DNA of 64,000 nt from Fimicolochytrium jonesii (GCF_025526975.1 NW_026515668.1:1612001-1676000), one strand, 5' to 3'. Shown: positions 1 to 14,554, counted from the stretch's first letter. Translations and numbers: made by a program. The notes: generated by a model from the letters alone, not told the origin.

Positions 1-778
1 GATGCGAAGCTACTCGCTATATCTTTACAGCATCCGGAGGCAAACTTCGGCATTAGTTTTTTGCAGAACGTGGGAAAAAAACTGACAGGTTGCAACACGG
101 GTCATGAAGGGATCCCGGGCAATTGGGTTGTAGAGGTAATATCCAGTGCCATTAGCGGGAAGTTGACCTTAATCTTAACTCCTCTTAAGCATATATGATG
201 CTAATTAATATTGCGCGATTGGATCTTTTTGGCAATGGCAAGAAAGGCAGGCGTGTCGAACCATTTGATTAGGGCGTTGTTAAAGAAAGGGCATCTAGTG
301 ACAACAAGGAGATCGGCCAAGATTGGGAACCAACGCCCCATTCGCGCACAACACAACTTGCACAACCACCCAATTCAGGGCTCAATAAACGCAGGGCAAG
401 CCGCAAACCTCAATAGGACGAACGGACGTCTTCCCCTCAGGCAATAACACCACTCGCTGCACGCTTTGGTTTTTACTCAGCCGTCGCCCAGAACAGGGAG
501 GAAAGTGTTCCAAAGGGGCATTAGAAGTGTGAAGTGGCTCTTCATACACCGACTTCGAAATTCGGGCGACTCCTACTTTCGCTCAGCCGCAAGTCTCCTC
601 TGGACCATTCGAGAGAGTTCAGCCACGGAAGAACGCACAGTGTGGCCTCCAAAATCGAACAGCTGCCCAAAAGGCGCTTGAGAGCTAGTGGGGGGTGGAA
701 TATTGATCAGGGGCGAGCTTCAGTTCGGACGGTCGATAGGAATTAAGTTTTCCAACGGAGCGCCGATTGTTTCTTACA

Positions 779-3700
779 ATGGCGATAAAGGTAGTCCGTG
801 CACTGTACGACTATGCTGGGTCGGAAGACTCTGGGCTCTCCTTCAGAAAGGGAGATATTATTCAGGTGCTTACACAACTGGACAGCGGATGGTGGGATGG
901 TCTGCTTTATGGCGAACGTGGCTGGTTCCCTTCGAATTACGTGGGTGAACCAGAGACGTTGAAAGATGCACCAACAGCCGATCAAGTTCAGGTGAGGAAT
1001 CGAAGGACGGCGTCTTTCATAAACCTACACGTTTGGCTCGACATGTACTCAATTCTGGGCTATGCATATAGGGTAGCGTATGGGTTCGGCAGATTGGACA
1101 CCTGGGAAACATCTACTATTTTAACCGCGATACTGGAGCAACCACACAAGATACGCCCACTACATTTGCACCGGCGACCGAGTCGAATGGAAACGCTGCT
1201 GACTACTTTGGCGCGGCGACCAACGCCTTGGATCTTCCGCCTGGCTGGATTGTGTACGATGCAGAGGCTGGGGGCCCGATGTACTACAATCACTACACAA
1301 AGGAGACTCGATGGACTCGTCCTGAAACCGAGGGTGACCTAGCGCCGGACTCGGCGACTACTCGGTCATCTGTCCCTTCGTCTCCCGGTGGTCTGCTCAC
1401 CCCTACATCATCGCGCGGCAGCTTCTCCTTCTCTCGTCAATCCTCTATCCTCTCGCGGTCAGATCAGTCCTCGTCTCGGCCGTCCACCGCCTCAACATCA
1501 CCGACCAGTACCACTGCCAATCGGGCATCACAAGGCCTTCCACCCAACTGGGGAATGAAAGTGACGCTCGAACGACGCCCATATTATTACAATATGGTGA
1601 CCGATGAGACGACCTGGACATTGGAAGATATTGACACGGAGACGGGCAACCTGGTCCCGTCGCCGCAACGCAAACCGAGCAACGCGTCTGTTAACTCAGA
1701 GAGATCTTCCATGGGAAGCCATTCTTCAATCTTGAACATGCTACCGCCAATATTACCGACCGACGAAGCCGTCAGCTCACCTAACCTGACATGGGCAAAG
1801 CTGGCCAACGACATCATCTCTCGCATCCATCAACTCAACCAGTACGCAAAACATGGCAAAAAGGAAGGCTTCGTGTCTCAGTCGTCTCTTATCGTCGAGT
1901 CGATTCGCATCATGCTCTACGCATCGGGCACAGCACGGAAGGACGCTCCTTCTGTCGCCTCGCACAAGATGGTCAAAGTCCATCATAGGCAGATCATGAG
2001 CTCGCTCTCAAAACTGGTCCTGCATGCGAAAGAAGCGTCTGGTGTGTGGCCACCACCAGACTCGGTTGTGAGCTTACAACAAGCAACCAATGAAGTACTG
2101 GTTTCCGTACGCCAATTTGTCGCGGCTGCGCAAGAGGCTGGTGTCGAGGTGCAACCACTGACCAATGGCGAGGCTGCTGCAATACATTCGTCGGGAAGCT
2201 CGTCAAATACCGCTCCGCCGCCGTCAGTTACCGACGGCGAACTTGGCCCAGGTCTTGGGCAGCTCGCCTCCAATCAAAGCCGTGACAGCATGGGTTCCGA
2301 TACCGGCCTGGCAGCTGTCGCTGAGCAGCAGCTTCTGACTCAACAAACGAACCCCGAGCTTGTAACATGTCTGGAGAACTATACCCGATCGATCTTCAAA
2401 ATGCTCACCGAGGTTGCGAGGCACGTACGTCAAGGAAGCATCGAAACGGCAACCATCATCAAGCAGGTTAAGGTCACCGTCATGGAAGTTGGTAACCTGC
2501 TTGCGTTGGTGGATGAAATCCCATTGGACTCGGTCTCTGAGGACCTTACGTTGGAGTTCAAGGTCAATCGCCTGAATCTGTACAACTCGGTCACCGGCCT
2601 GGTCACTGCCACGCAAGTCAGCACGCAGCCTTTGGCGCCGATCAATGCCATGGAACAGGTTCTGCTGTCTGCCGGTCTTCTCGAGAAGGCCGTCAAGGAC
2701 ATGCTGATTTCCACCAAGTTCCTGGTGGCCGAGCGTGAGAACGCTGAGCAAGCGAGTCTGGTGCAGTACATCGACAAGTTCACGCGGCATCGTACCTCCT
2801 CGGCCTCCTCCAACGACGGGAACGGTTCTCTTCAACCGAGACGCGCAATGAGCTTGTCCATCTTGAACAACGCCATACCCGAGGACGGCTCGCCAATCCC
2901 TGCACAAGGGTCCGAGTCCGCCCCGAGCACCCCTCTCCCCATTGACGAAAGCGGAGAACCCGGAAGGTCGTTCTTCGCCCGATCTGCGTCCACACCTCTC
3001 ATTCCTGTCCATCAGATGTCACCGGCAAGATCAACTCGGGCCCACGGGGTCACGAGCGACCGCGCCAGCAAGAGCAGCGACTCCAGCGACGGCGGCCTTC
3101 ACTTCATGAACCAGAACCGGGTATCCTTGCACAGCGACCCCAACATGGGCTCCGCACAAGGCTCGCGCGCGTCTGTACATTCGGGTAAGACCGAAGACCC
3201 GGCAAAGCCTTGGTTCCTGCAATACGACTACAGCGAGCGCGACGTCTCCTTCAGCCCCGACGGCAAACTCCGCGGTGCTACGCTGGACGCCCTCATCGAG
3301 CGGCTAACCCTGCACGACGGGCTGGACCCCGAAGTCCTGAGCACCTTCCTGCTCACCTACCGCTCATTCACCGATTCCGTCACCTTCATCCAGTTGCTGA
3401 AGCGGCGGTTCAGCATGGAAGCACCCTCCGAGCTGACCGTCCCCGAGCGCGACCTATGGCTTGAAAAGAAACGCACACCCATCCGCATCCGTGTCTTCAA
3501 CGTCGCTAGGAACTGGATCGACAACCATGCTAGTTTCGAGGACCCTGTTGATCGTCAAGCGATGGTGGAGCTGAAGCAGTTTGCGCAGACGGATGTGATG
3601 CCGTTTATGGAAGCTGCGGGCAAGCAGTTGATCAAGTCTATTGAGAAGAAGGAGAGTGGGGAATCGAGCGCGAGGCGGATGATTCTCAACCCCAATAGGG

Positions 3701-4749
3701 AGTACCCCGTCCCTGTCGTTCCGCGCAACTTGAAGAAGATCAAGTTCCTGGATTTGGATGCTACCGAAGTTGCGAGGCAGTTGACGATTATGGAGGCGAA
3801 GCAGTATAATAAGCTTGAGCCGGGAGAGTTCCTCAATAGGGCTTGGAGCGAGAAGGATGGGAATGCTGCCGTCAATGTCAAAGCCCTCATCAACATGTCC
3901 AATCAGGTAAGCAAAGCAAATGCTCTGATCTGGAGATGCGGATCATCTTTGAGCTGCTACTGATTATCTTTTCCTTCCGTTCGTTATAGATTACGGGTTG
4001 GGTCGCTGCGACTATCCTGAGCGAGAAGGACCTGAAGAAGCGGGCTGCAATTTTCAAGCAATTCATTCTTGTTGCTGACGTGAGTTCCGTTACATTACTG
4101 GAAGACATGTCGCGCATAGCAGGTTACTGAACACACCTCCTACCTTCCCCATCACGCAGCGATGCCGTGCCCTGAACAACTTCAACACACTTATGTCGAT
4201 CCTAGCCGGCCTCAACTCCGCCCCCGTCCACCGCCTCAACCGCACCCGCGAGCTCCTCTCCGCCCGCATCCGCAACATGTTCGAAGCCCTCCGCGCCACC
4301 ATGACCCCCCTCAAGAATTTCTCCGCCTACCGCGAAACCCTGCACTCCGTCAACCCTCCCTGCGTGCCTTTCCTCGGGTTCTACCTCACCGACCTGACCT
4401 TCATCGAGGACGGCAACTCGGACATGTTGCGCGACCATAATGCGCACCTGATCAATTTCTTCAAGCGGATGAAGACCGCCGGGGTTATTCAGGAGATTCA
4501 GCAGTATCAGAATGCGCCGTATGTGTTGATGCCTGTGCCGGAGCTGCAGACGTGGTTGAGGAGCAACATGATGGTGGAGGTTGATGACTCGGATCTTTAT
4601 GATAAGAGTTTGGTCTTGGAGCCGAGGGAAAGGTGAGATTTGAATGCCAGCAGTGGTTCATTTTCGGTACTGGGGGCTAACCGGATTCTTGCTTTCTTAG
4701 ACCCGATGAGATCATCGCCAGGAAATTGCTGGAAAACGGACTCATGTAA
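779..4749 (+). CDS. CDC25: Ras guanine nucleotide exchange factor, Cdc25-like (SH3, three WW-like domains, REM, RasGEF); 5 exons
   Basis: SH3 (VRALYDY...GWWDG...GWFPSNYV). WW-like units GSVWVRQ..IYYFNRDTG, LPPGWIV..YYNHYTKETRWTRP and LPPNWGM..YYYNMVTDETTW. REM (ATLDALIERLT..FLLTYRSF). GEF core (EVARQLT, PPCVPFLGFYLTDLTFIEDGN, INFFKR). Inferred introns 992-1071, 3907-3989, 4080-4159, 4633-4700; last exon gives RPDEIIARKLLENGLM-stop. Confidence 0.92.
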
Positions 4750-6097
4750 ACGAGACCCAAATCTCTCGTTTCTTTCCTTATCACGACACCGAAGGGACAT
4801 CGCGGACCCAAGCCGGCCCCGTATACTATTGGACTCCTTTTCTCTCAGACTTTTTTCACCCGAACGGCGTAACATTCTTCATTCCCTCTTTCGGCGTTGG
4901 ACCATTGCCACATTGGCACACACCCATACTCCTCTCTCCCCAAGAGGTGCATGGTAGCTCTTTACATAGAACCCGCCCGTCTCACCATAATTTCATCACA
5001 TAGAAACGCACGTGTACCTTCTCACATAGCCCCGCTTCCCTGCACACATGTAGATATATTAGAGGCCCCCTTTCTTTCCTTTACCACCCTTCTTTTGTTA
5101 TGATTGGACTTGTTCCTGCACTTCATCGTCGGAGGTGGATTCAAGTTAACTTGACCTCTGTCGTATCGTTGTAATGTAACTTGAGTGGTTTGAGACATAA
5201 TTAGATGATTTGATGCGTATCTGCTTTCCGTGTGTCGTGGGTTGGTGGTACAGCTGGGTGTGAGCCATCTCAAGGTCAGGAGGTGCGCATCAAAGGGTAT
5301 TAGGACAAATGAGGGAGAGAAAAAAAATGGAAACCAAAACGGCCAACGGTTACGGTTTCGACTTGACGGCGGGTCGTGTGATGATGCCCTTTCAAAATTG
5401 AGGTCACGTCGGGGTTCAATTGACGGCGACGCGTTTTGGTTAGTTTTGCGCAGTGCGTGCCAACTGTGGATTTGGGTCCATGATTCGCCGCTCGCTTGAT
5501 CATACCCCGGGGGCCCGGCTCTAGATATAGACGCCGCATAGCGGATTTCGGAGGATCCTCTCCGCGGGGAGTCGAGACTCGGACGACGGTTTTCTGAGGC
5601 CTCCTCCGACGAGCCGATGCCACCAACGCTCGAGATGTCGGAGTTGGGCGGAAGTGCAAACGTAAGCCAGTGTCGGTGGTGGTGTTTGATGTTCGCGGGA
5701 GTTTTGGGAGTTGCGCATACTAACATCTGCTCGGAGTGTCGTTGGAATGCGAGAAAGGAGCTGTGCAATTTGTCTGCGACTGCAACTGGGCCACACCTTT
5801 TGGCAAGCCCTTGGATATTTCGAGAAGAACAGTCTACGTAGAAGTGAATGTAGCTGTTCAAAGTGCTAACACTTCCAAAAGGAAAAATGACCTGTCAGTC
5901 TCAACGCCTCTGCCCCATCGACCGCATATCGTTGGAGACAGCGACACCCTGCAAGTTGAACTTCGTAGCAGATCCAAAATGCAAGGTATGTACGTATTTA
6001 CAGCGGAACCGATGAATTCTATATATACATAGGCGCACGGAAGTCTCGCCCAACCACCTCCACTCCAACCCGCACACCCCCATCAAATCCGAACCCG

Positions 6098-7086
6098 TCA
6101 CCGAAACTCAATCACAAAAAACGTCGCGGTCCCACATCTCGACCTCGCAACAAATCGCAGCGGCTGCCCATTCAAATACCGCGACGCGTCAATGGAGAAT
6201 CCGGGGAGGCAAATCTCAGATGTGGATGGGTCGAAGTAGCGGTTGTAGAAGTCGAAGGTGTAGGTTTTTGTGGGGTGGAAGGTGAAGTTTTGACGGGCGG
6301 GGAGAGGGAGGAAGTGTTTCTGTGGGAGTTTGAGGGGTGGCTCAGATTCCAGAAATAGCAGACTGGAAAGTGGAGAGGCAATGCTTACCCGACGCTCAGA
6401 TGTGGTGAGTGGTTTTCCACTACTCGAAAGTAGCTCGGAGGATTCTCTGACTTGGGATGTTACCCTTTGCTTGTGGGCGATGCCGGAACCATCTCGCGAG
6501 AGATCTACGGCTGAATCGCCACTTCCGAGCAAGGTCGGTTCTTTCAAGAACGCGGATGCATCGATCGAGTCTTTTGAAACGCTTGGATCGTTTTGTCGCA
6601 CATTTAACGCATTCATCGCTGGCAAATAGTGACACTGTCAGACATCAATGTCGTTCATCACGGAGTCTGCAAAAACAGGAATTACTCACAACACAACATC
6701 GGACTCAACGCCACCGGCCTCTCCCCCCTCAAAGCAACCTCCAACCCCGGATCAATCACCTTCGCAAGCCCCACCGCCAGATCCGCGCCAAACGGCAACT
6801 TTATCGGCTTCTCCAACTCGATCCCAAACATCACCTCGTCGCCTGTCCATTCGCGTGCGAACTGGCCCTGGATCTGGAAACTGAACATCCGCCGTGTCCC
6901 GGTGAAGTAGGCATCGCCGTCGGATTTGATGGTGGGGTTGGAACTGGTTTCTTGTGCGCGTTTGACCCTGACGGTGACGTGGCCGTGGAAGTGCGGGGAG
7001 GTGATGGGGTGAGTTGTGCCGGGTTCGGTTGGAAGGAGGGATTGTGAGAATGCGCCTGTTAGGAGTTGGATGGATTTGGGTGCCAT
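6098..7086 (-). CDS. DUF1769-family protein (spliced; 3' end uncertain)
   Basis: ORFs 6682-7086 and 6098-6625 join through GT-AG introns. Motifs YFTGTRRMFSFQIQGQF, DEVMFG, IDPGL, SERR/KHF, YTFDFYNRYFD and GQPLRFVAR match my recollection of DUF1769. Confidence 0.7.
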
Positions 7087-9091
7087 TCTGATAGAATGAG
7101 TATGAACAGCTAGATCTAGAGATTGTAGGAGGCGAGGCGTTCGGAAGGTGAATATGATGGAATCGAAGAACTAATTGTTGGTACTGCGCGCATAAGGGTT
7201 GTCAACAACGCCAGAATTCCAGAACTTCCCCCCAGCAATGCTTGCATCAGGCACAGCGTTAATATCAGGTAAGAAATCAACGCCAAGACAGATGCTGCGA
7301 AATGCGTGTATTGCTTCGAAAGCCATGCCCCATCCTCACGGCGAGACGGAGCTTGCAAACGTAAAGCGCACAGCAACAGAAACAATTACCGCCGAGCCAA
7401 TAATTGTATCTGAGAACATTCTGTCCAAAAAAAAACCTTTTCAAAGGAGCCTCAAACACTTTCCCCCCCGTTCTTCAAATTGACCGTCTGAAACGGACGC
7501 GCGGGGGAGCCCCCGCCACCCAGGAGTTATTGGGGGAGAACCGCACCCCGTCCGAAACGGTATCAGACGGACATGAGCATGGCCATGCCTCCCTGACATT
7601 ACAATTCCTCAATTTCAATTTCAGAGCTCAGACTTGGAACAACTTTTTTTTTCTGCCAGGAAAGCACAGTCGGAGTTGACTTCTCGGTGTCGAATTCAGT
7701 CCCTGCCAGTCGACGTCCCATACATGCGGTACGACGTCACAGCGGTCAGATCTGGGGTGCGCGGGGTGCGCGTCAGGGGGTAACATGTAACACAGCGTTT
7801 GGTTACAACACCGCGTCCCGCTTCAGCTATTTAATTAGTTACTACTATACCACAAGCGGTGTCGATAAGAAAGAAGACGCGAGAAACAACACGCAATATC
7901 GAACTCCGAGTCTGCATCGAACCGCGGCCGCATTCCCAGAACAGTGCGTATTGGCGGCGGAGAGCCAATGATGGACTCCGGTACAACCTGTTTACCCATC
8001 GATATGGCCAAATCCCTATCCGAGGACCCGGCGTTGCGCTGAGGTGTTGATGTCTGTGACCAATGTCTCCAACTTATTGAATGACTGTACGGGTCCGTAA
8101 TCAAACGATACCAAACGATTATGGAGGTTGATAAGGATTGTCGGGCTTTGATTGGCAGTTCGCCGTCCAACTTGAACGCGCTGGCGATGTCCATCTGGCC
8201 GTTGGTGGTGAACAGACATGCAACTGTTCCTTCACGACATGCAAACAGTTACGGAATGGTTACGTTACAATTGGCGTCGAAGGATAATCTCTTTCAACGT
8301 CGATTTCGTTTGTCGCCCTTTGACGCGGGGTTACACCAACGCATCTCAATGGTCCAGCATCGAACCCCGGACCTTTCCTTTCTCCAGTTCGGTTAAAGTC
8401 CTTAAGAGCGACACTTAACATGCGGTAAGGTTCGTCTCTTTCTAATCCAAAGATGCAGGGATGCGGGGGTGTTGCAGACGTGCCAGTAAGCAACAGCTTG
8501 GAGAATATGCGAATTGTTGCCATGAATAGCATCAAAGGGGGGCCTCGCTGCCGGTCCTGGGATAAATAAGCGAGCAGACTTGGCGGTCTAAACAGGGGAG
8601 GGGAAGAATGAGCTTCATGGGGATGTTTGGGAGTCGATAGTTACCAAAAACGGGCGAAGGAATCGCGCAAGGGAGATCCGAGATGTGCGTGCCTAGCTTG
8701 CCCTTGCCTTGCCTTTCCCTGGGAAGAAATCAGAGGCGCGCCCTTGCGTCGCGCACTAGCTGGTTGGGCGGCACCCCTCACACAAAACCCCCCTAGGCTC
8801 AGGCGTATAAAGGCGCTGGAAGAAAAACCTCGACCTCTCCCATCCCTTCCCTTTTCCCACCCAACCTTTCTTCACAAATACTCGGTTTCTCCCAGCCTAG
8901 TACTTGCACTATAAGAAAGCTCTTGCGCTCTTCGGTCTCCTCGTCAGCGACAGCCTTTCTCCACATCTGCGAACCCTCGAGAAGCAGCCGGTACTGGTCG
9001 GAGTCTAGGACATTCCCAATCGTCCGCTGCACATAGTTCGCCTGTATATTTTCGCCACCGGATCCCCACCGCGTACATAATATCCTCCAAC

Positions 9092-12000
9092 ATGACCACA
9101 CACGAGAAAGACGTCAAGGTCGACGTGAAAGGAGGTGAGCAGCAGAGAGTGATATCGGCGAAGATCAGTTTTTTCTTTCCTCGAGTAATCTCGGCGCAAA
9201 GCTGAGCTCGTGGGAATTTCGGGTCTGATCTTCGGATTGCTCACCCTTTCGTTCTCTTTCCCGCCTTTCCAGACCACCCTGAAGAAGAGCACGCTCACCA
9301 GGAGGTGACCGACGATCTCGATGCTGAGCTCGAGAAGCTTCTCCAAACCCCTCCATTGGAGGGTCTGACAGATGCTGAGGTCGCCTCTCGTCTGGCGACG
9401 TTCGGTGCCAACGAGATCCCCGAGAAGAAGAGGAACCCCATCCTGAAGTTCTTGATGTTCTTCACTGGAGGTCTCTCTTACCTTCTCGAAATCTCTACCA
9501 TCGTTTGCGCTATCGTCGGCAAGTGGATCGAGTTCGGTATCTTGGTCTTCGTCCTGTTCGCCAACGCCATCATCGGATTCCACGAGGAAGCCAAGGCCGA
9601 ATCCGCCCTTGACGCCTTGAAGAACACCCTCGCTGCCAACTGCCGTTGCTGGCGTAACGGTCAGCTCGTCGAAGTCGAAGCTCGCCTCCTCGTTCCCGGA
9701 GATGTCATCGCCATCCGTCTTGGTGACATTATCCCCGCTGACGCCCGTCTCCTCGGTATCGGTGTCACCGGTGAGGAGACTGAAGGTACTCTTCAGATCG
9801 ACCAAGCCGCCCTCACTGGTGAATCCCTCCCCGTCAACAAGGGCAAGGGTGCCATTGCCTACTCCTCGTCCATCTGCAAGCAAGGTCAGATGTTGGCTGT
9901 CGTCACCAAGACCGGTATCAACACCTACATCGGTCGTGCCGCCAACCTGATCTCCAACACCGAGGAGGAGGGTCACTTCCAGAAGGTCATCAACAGGATC
10001 GGAAACTTTTTGATCTTCATCTCCGTCTTCATGGTCTTCATCGTCTTCTGTGTCGAGAAGTGGGCCCGTGACCAGCCTTTCTTGACTGCCCTCACCAACG
10101 TTCTCATTCTTACCATTGCTGCCATTCCCGTCGGTCTTCCCACCGTCATGTCCGTCACCATGGCCGTTGGTGCCAACCAGCTCGCCAGGAAGCAAGTCAT
10201 TGTCAAGCGTCTCACTGCCATTGAGGAGCTCGCATCCGTCTCCACGCTTTGCTCTGACAAGACCGGTACCTTGACTCTCAACGAGCTGACTTTCGACAAG
10301 CCCTACCTCGCCAAGCACGGTAACACTACCACCGACTTCGAGGGTACCGGCACCAGCTACACCGACCAAGACCTTCTCACCTACGCTTACATGGCTTCCG
10401 AGCCCGGAGCACAAGATGCTATCGAGTTGGCCGTCCGTACCGCCGCTGAGGACCGTGTCGAAATCTTGAAGGAGCGTGTCGGCCAGCACGACATTCCTGG
10501 GTACAAAGTCAACGGATTTATCCCCTTCAACCCCACAAGCAAGTACACCGAAGCCACCGTTACCAACCTTGCCACCGGCGAGCGTTTCAGGACCATCAAG
10601 GGTGCTCCCCCAGTCATCGTCCGCATGGTTGGTGGTCACTCCCAGGCTACTGACGCCGTCAATGACTTTGCTCACCGTGGTCTCCGTGCCCTCGGTGTCG
10701 CCCGTACCGTCGACCCCGAGATGACCAAGTTCGAGATGGTCGGTATGATCTCGCTTCTCGACCCCCCCCGTCCCGACTCAGCCCACACCATCGCCGAGTG
10801 CAACAAGCTCGGAATAGTCGTCAAGATGATCACTGGTGACCAGCTTATCATCGCCAAGGAAGTCGCTCAGCGTCTTGGCATGGACCGTTGCATCTTGGAC
10901 GCCCACGCCCTGGTCGACCCCAACCTCGACGAGGAGGAAGTCACTGACCGTGTCATCAAGGCTGATGGATTCGCCCACGTCATTCCCGAGCACAAGTACC
11001 GCGTCGTTGAGCTTATGCAGAAGCGTGGCCAGCTTGTTGGTATGACCGGTGACGGTGTGAACGACGCCCCCGCTCTCAAGAAGGCGAATGTCGGTATTGC
11101 CGTCGAAGGATGCACTGACGCTGCCCGTTCCGCTGCCGACATCGTTCTGCTCGCCAGTGGTTTGTCCACCATCGTCGACGGTGTCAAGACTTCCCGTGCC
11201 ATCTTCCAACGTATGCGATCGTACGCTCTCTACCGTATCGCCTCGACCATCCACTTCTTGTTGTTCTTCTTCATCTCTATCCTGGCGTTCAACTTCAAGA
11301 TCCCCGACTTGCTTGTTCTGATGATTTGCGTGCTCAACGATGCCGCCACCCTGGTCATTTCCGTCGACAACGCTCGTATCTCCAAGCGCCCCGACAAGTG
11401 GAGGCTCGGACAGCTTCTCTCCCTCTCCGGTCTTCTCGGTTTCTTGCTCATGATCATCTCCTTCGCGCACTTCTTCGTTGCCAGGGATGCGTTCGGTGTC
11501 GAGGAGAAGAAATTGCAGACCATCATGTACCTGCAGATTTCGTCGTGCCCTCACTTCGTCATCTTCTCCACTCGTTTGAGCACTCACTGGTTCAAGTCGA
11601 AGCCCAGTCTCCTCTTCTTCAGTATCATCTTCGGAACGCAACTCATTGCCATGTTCATGTCCATCTATGGTGTCGATGCTCTGGAGGCTGCCCCAATGTA
11701 AGTTGAGAAGGCAAACGTCGGGATTTGTTGCTTTCATTGCAGATCATTCGCTAACGCGCAATCTATTTATCTCTCTCTCAGTGGTTGGGGATGGGGTGTC
11801 GGAGTTATGGCCGTCTCTCTCGTCTCTTTCATGGTCTTGGACCTTGTCAAGGTCTGGGTGTTCCGTCACTGGTCCTACGGTCTTACCGCCACTCTCTGGC
11901 CTTTCGGTGGACGTCGCGCTGAGTACAAACGCCGTGTCGTCCGCATCGCACAACACAAGAAGAACATCGACAACTGGAAGAAGGTTAAGAAGGTTTACCT

Positions 12001-12118
12001 TATGGCCAACGCCGCATACGGTTTCCGGACCGCTGGCGCCAAAAAGCACGCCGCCAACATTGCGGCGCCCATCGCCAACGGAGACTCGACCAACACCATC
12101 AACGTCCCCGAGTTGTAG
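9092..12118 (+). CDS. PMA1: Plasma membrane H+-ATPase (P3A-type); 3 exons
   Basis: Motifs LTGES, AIPVGLP, CSDKTGTLT (phospho-Asp), KGAP, DPPR, MITGD, GMTGDGVNDAPALKKA, IFQRMRSY. Introns 9135-9272 and 11698-11781. Strong C-ending codon bias. Confidence 0.97.
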
Positions 12119-13152
12119 ATGCACCTCGGCGCTCGTTCCTGAGTGTCTCTTGACATTCCGCCATTTTCCCATGTTCTAACGAGAACTTCACCACCATTTC
12201 CTCTGTCATCGGCGTATTCATTTGGAAGACTTGTGATCAAGTTTGGGAGAACTTGTTTCATCGGGCACTTTCTGACTTCTAGAGTATGTTTTCCGTCGAC
12301 TACTTCTCGTTACAGTGGATTCCACCCCCCCCTTTCCCCCCATCCCCATCCACTAGGTCTTGTGTGTTTTGCGTGCAGGCCATGTATAATCGTAGACAGT
12401 GACCGCATCCCATGGGACCTGTGTCCACTTTCATTTTCTCGATATTAGTCCTCATTTATCATCGTTCATAATAGAACTTATTTAGATTGAACATCACTCA
12501 CTCTGCGTGCGCTTCTCAAGTTGTTTTGACTAGGCTTGGTTCTCACATCCAAATTCCCGATGCGGCTCACTTGATGTTTCTCCACATGTATTTACATCTG
12601 ACATCAGTTCTATGATATGCATACTCAGTCTATTTACGTCCATTTTATTTATGCGTTGTTGTTCTGAGCTCTGTTGTGTTGGCTTTCCCAATATTGGAAA
12701 TGTTCCAGCCTACGTGCATGGCCTCTGCGTGTACCTCGGAACTTCACACGCGATATGCACGCGAGAATAATGTCGAGGAGCATTTCCACCGAGTCGATGA
12801 TATACGGGGTCGTCCCGCTTACCTCCGGGTTCCTCAGCTAGGTGCTGCTAGGGCCCTCATCTCCAACCCGGACCCGGTTGAATCAGGCTGCCGAAGATAC
12901 GAAATGACGGTGCACATCCTCCGGACATCGTGTCACACGTAGCCCTACGAAAGCCATCATGCCCCAATACGTTAAGTAAGCACTTAAATGAAGTGACCAC
13001 TCCGGGGAGTAGGCAAGCCAATAGAGTAACGGAGCAGATTCTCCAGGTGATGTGTGGTGAAACTTCTGCGCTTCCCTAAGACTTACCTTAGCAGACTCCC
13101 GTCATCTGGAGAGGATGAAGGAGAGGACCAGCTAAAAGCGGTGCCTTTGTAA

Positions 13153-13176
13153 CCCCCCCCTCCCCCCCCCCCCCCC
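13153..13176. repeat. Poly-C tract (C8-T-C15); G-quadruplex-capable on the minus strand
   Basis: Read directly from the sequence. Confidence 0.9.
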
Positions 13177-13948
13177 GCCGGTACTTGTCACTGGCGAGGG
13201 TCGAGGGGAGGGAGAGGAGGGAAGAAGGGGCAGCGACGGGGCCAACGGAAGCAATCAAAGCCCCGAGTCCAGTTCTGCTTACGCTTGATGCTAGGGGGAA
13301 AGCAGTGGAACTCCGACACGCGTTGAGTTTACCGTTGGTTTTGCAGTTTGCTTACTACAACGTCACGGACCCTCGGAGGATTCGTCAGAAATAGCATGGC
13401 TTTGCGGGACGAATAGGGCGGGACAGAGTGGGGTGTGAGCGGGGCGGCGGCTGCCAGAATTGGCGTAAGCTGTTTCTTACGCAACGCTTGGCGCGTACCG
13501 TAGGTGCGACCCGTCAGTAGCGGAGCGCGTCAAGGAGTCCTAGAGTCGATAACCCTCAAGAAGCGTTGATGGAGTATTCTAGGCTTGAGTGGAACGGAGG
13601 TGCGTGCATGACAGATATTTGGGCATGCGCGAAATACCGCCCGCGGACGGCATGCGCATTGCGACCGCCATTAATGCCGGCGATCACCGCTCGGGAGCAA
13701 CGTGAGCCAAGTCAGGGCTCATCTCAGCAGATGCGAACGATGTCAACGGTGAGGGATTGCTCCATTAGACGGAGTGGCAAGGAACCCGACTGAAATGCAG
13801 ATTAGCAGGCTGTAATGATTCATGCCTACTCAGTCCATTATGAATTGGGTTGCTGTCAACGAGAAGGCGTTTACTGACGTTCAGAGTAGCGAGGATTCGT
13901 AAGCGAGCAAAAGAAAATCCAAGGAAGCGGATTGAAGCAAAACAGAGT

Positions 13949-14020
13949 TTCCCCCGCGGGGAATCGAACCCCGGCCATCACGGTGAGAGCGTGAGATCCT
14001 AACCACTGGACCACGAAGGA
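13949..14020 (-). tRNA. tRNA-Glu, anticodon CTC
   Basis: Reverse complement TCCTTCGTGGTCCAGTGGTTAGGATCTCACGCTCTCACCGTGATGGCCGGGGTTCGATTCCCCGCGGGGGAA folds as a cloverleaf with A/B boxes. A TTTT terminator lies about 7 nt downstream. Confidence 0.96.
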
Positions 14021-14554
14021 CTGCTTGTTCGTGGTTACTTTAAACACAATATAACTATGTTACCACGACGAATTGACTGCTTTCTTCCCGGTTGTGGCAA
14101 AACCCAATTCTGTCCCGGGGAAGACCTTTTTGGGCGCTCCTTTTTCATATTTCCCCATGTTTACCCCGTGCTCCTGCATCTTCCCTTTTTTCCCAGTCCC
14201 CACCGCATCTTGCCGGCTTCGGAATCAGTCCCAATGAGCCTATACAATACAGATTCTTCAGAGTGGTTGATGGCCAACGACGATGAACATGATATTATGT
14301 AATACAGGGAAGGAGAGATCTCTCTTCGACATGCGGAAAAGGTATGATGCTAACGACTATGCTAAGTCCATCATGACCAGCGAGTGAGATGTTTGATATA
14401 TGAATATGGGGAAAAACAGATCTCTACGCCGTGATGCTGAATCTATATACAAAAGAATCAGAGATGTGGTACTAGTCCGTGGTACTAGTCTATGATGTGG
14501 CAAAAAATCGTTTTCGGGTCGGGATTACGCCCAAAAGCAGAGCAGAGAGGCTTC

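Noticed and set aside
5022..5861. 279-aa minus-strand ORF
   Set aside because: No motifs or coding-like composition; it overlaps the probable CDC25 3' region.
7700..8540. Short ORFs and a small TGTAAC/GTTACA inverted repeat upstream of PMA1
   Set aside because: No recognisable product or element boundaries.
9005..11737. Long minus-strand ORFs (556 and 319 aa) opposite PMA1
   Set aside because: Antisense shadows of a strongly codon-biased gene, with no recognisable motifs.
13148..13370. Possible solo LTR beginning TGTAAC
   Set aside because: No matching CA end with a target-site duplication and no second copy in the window.
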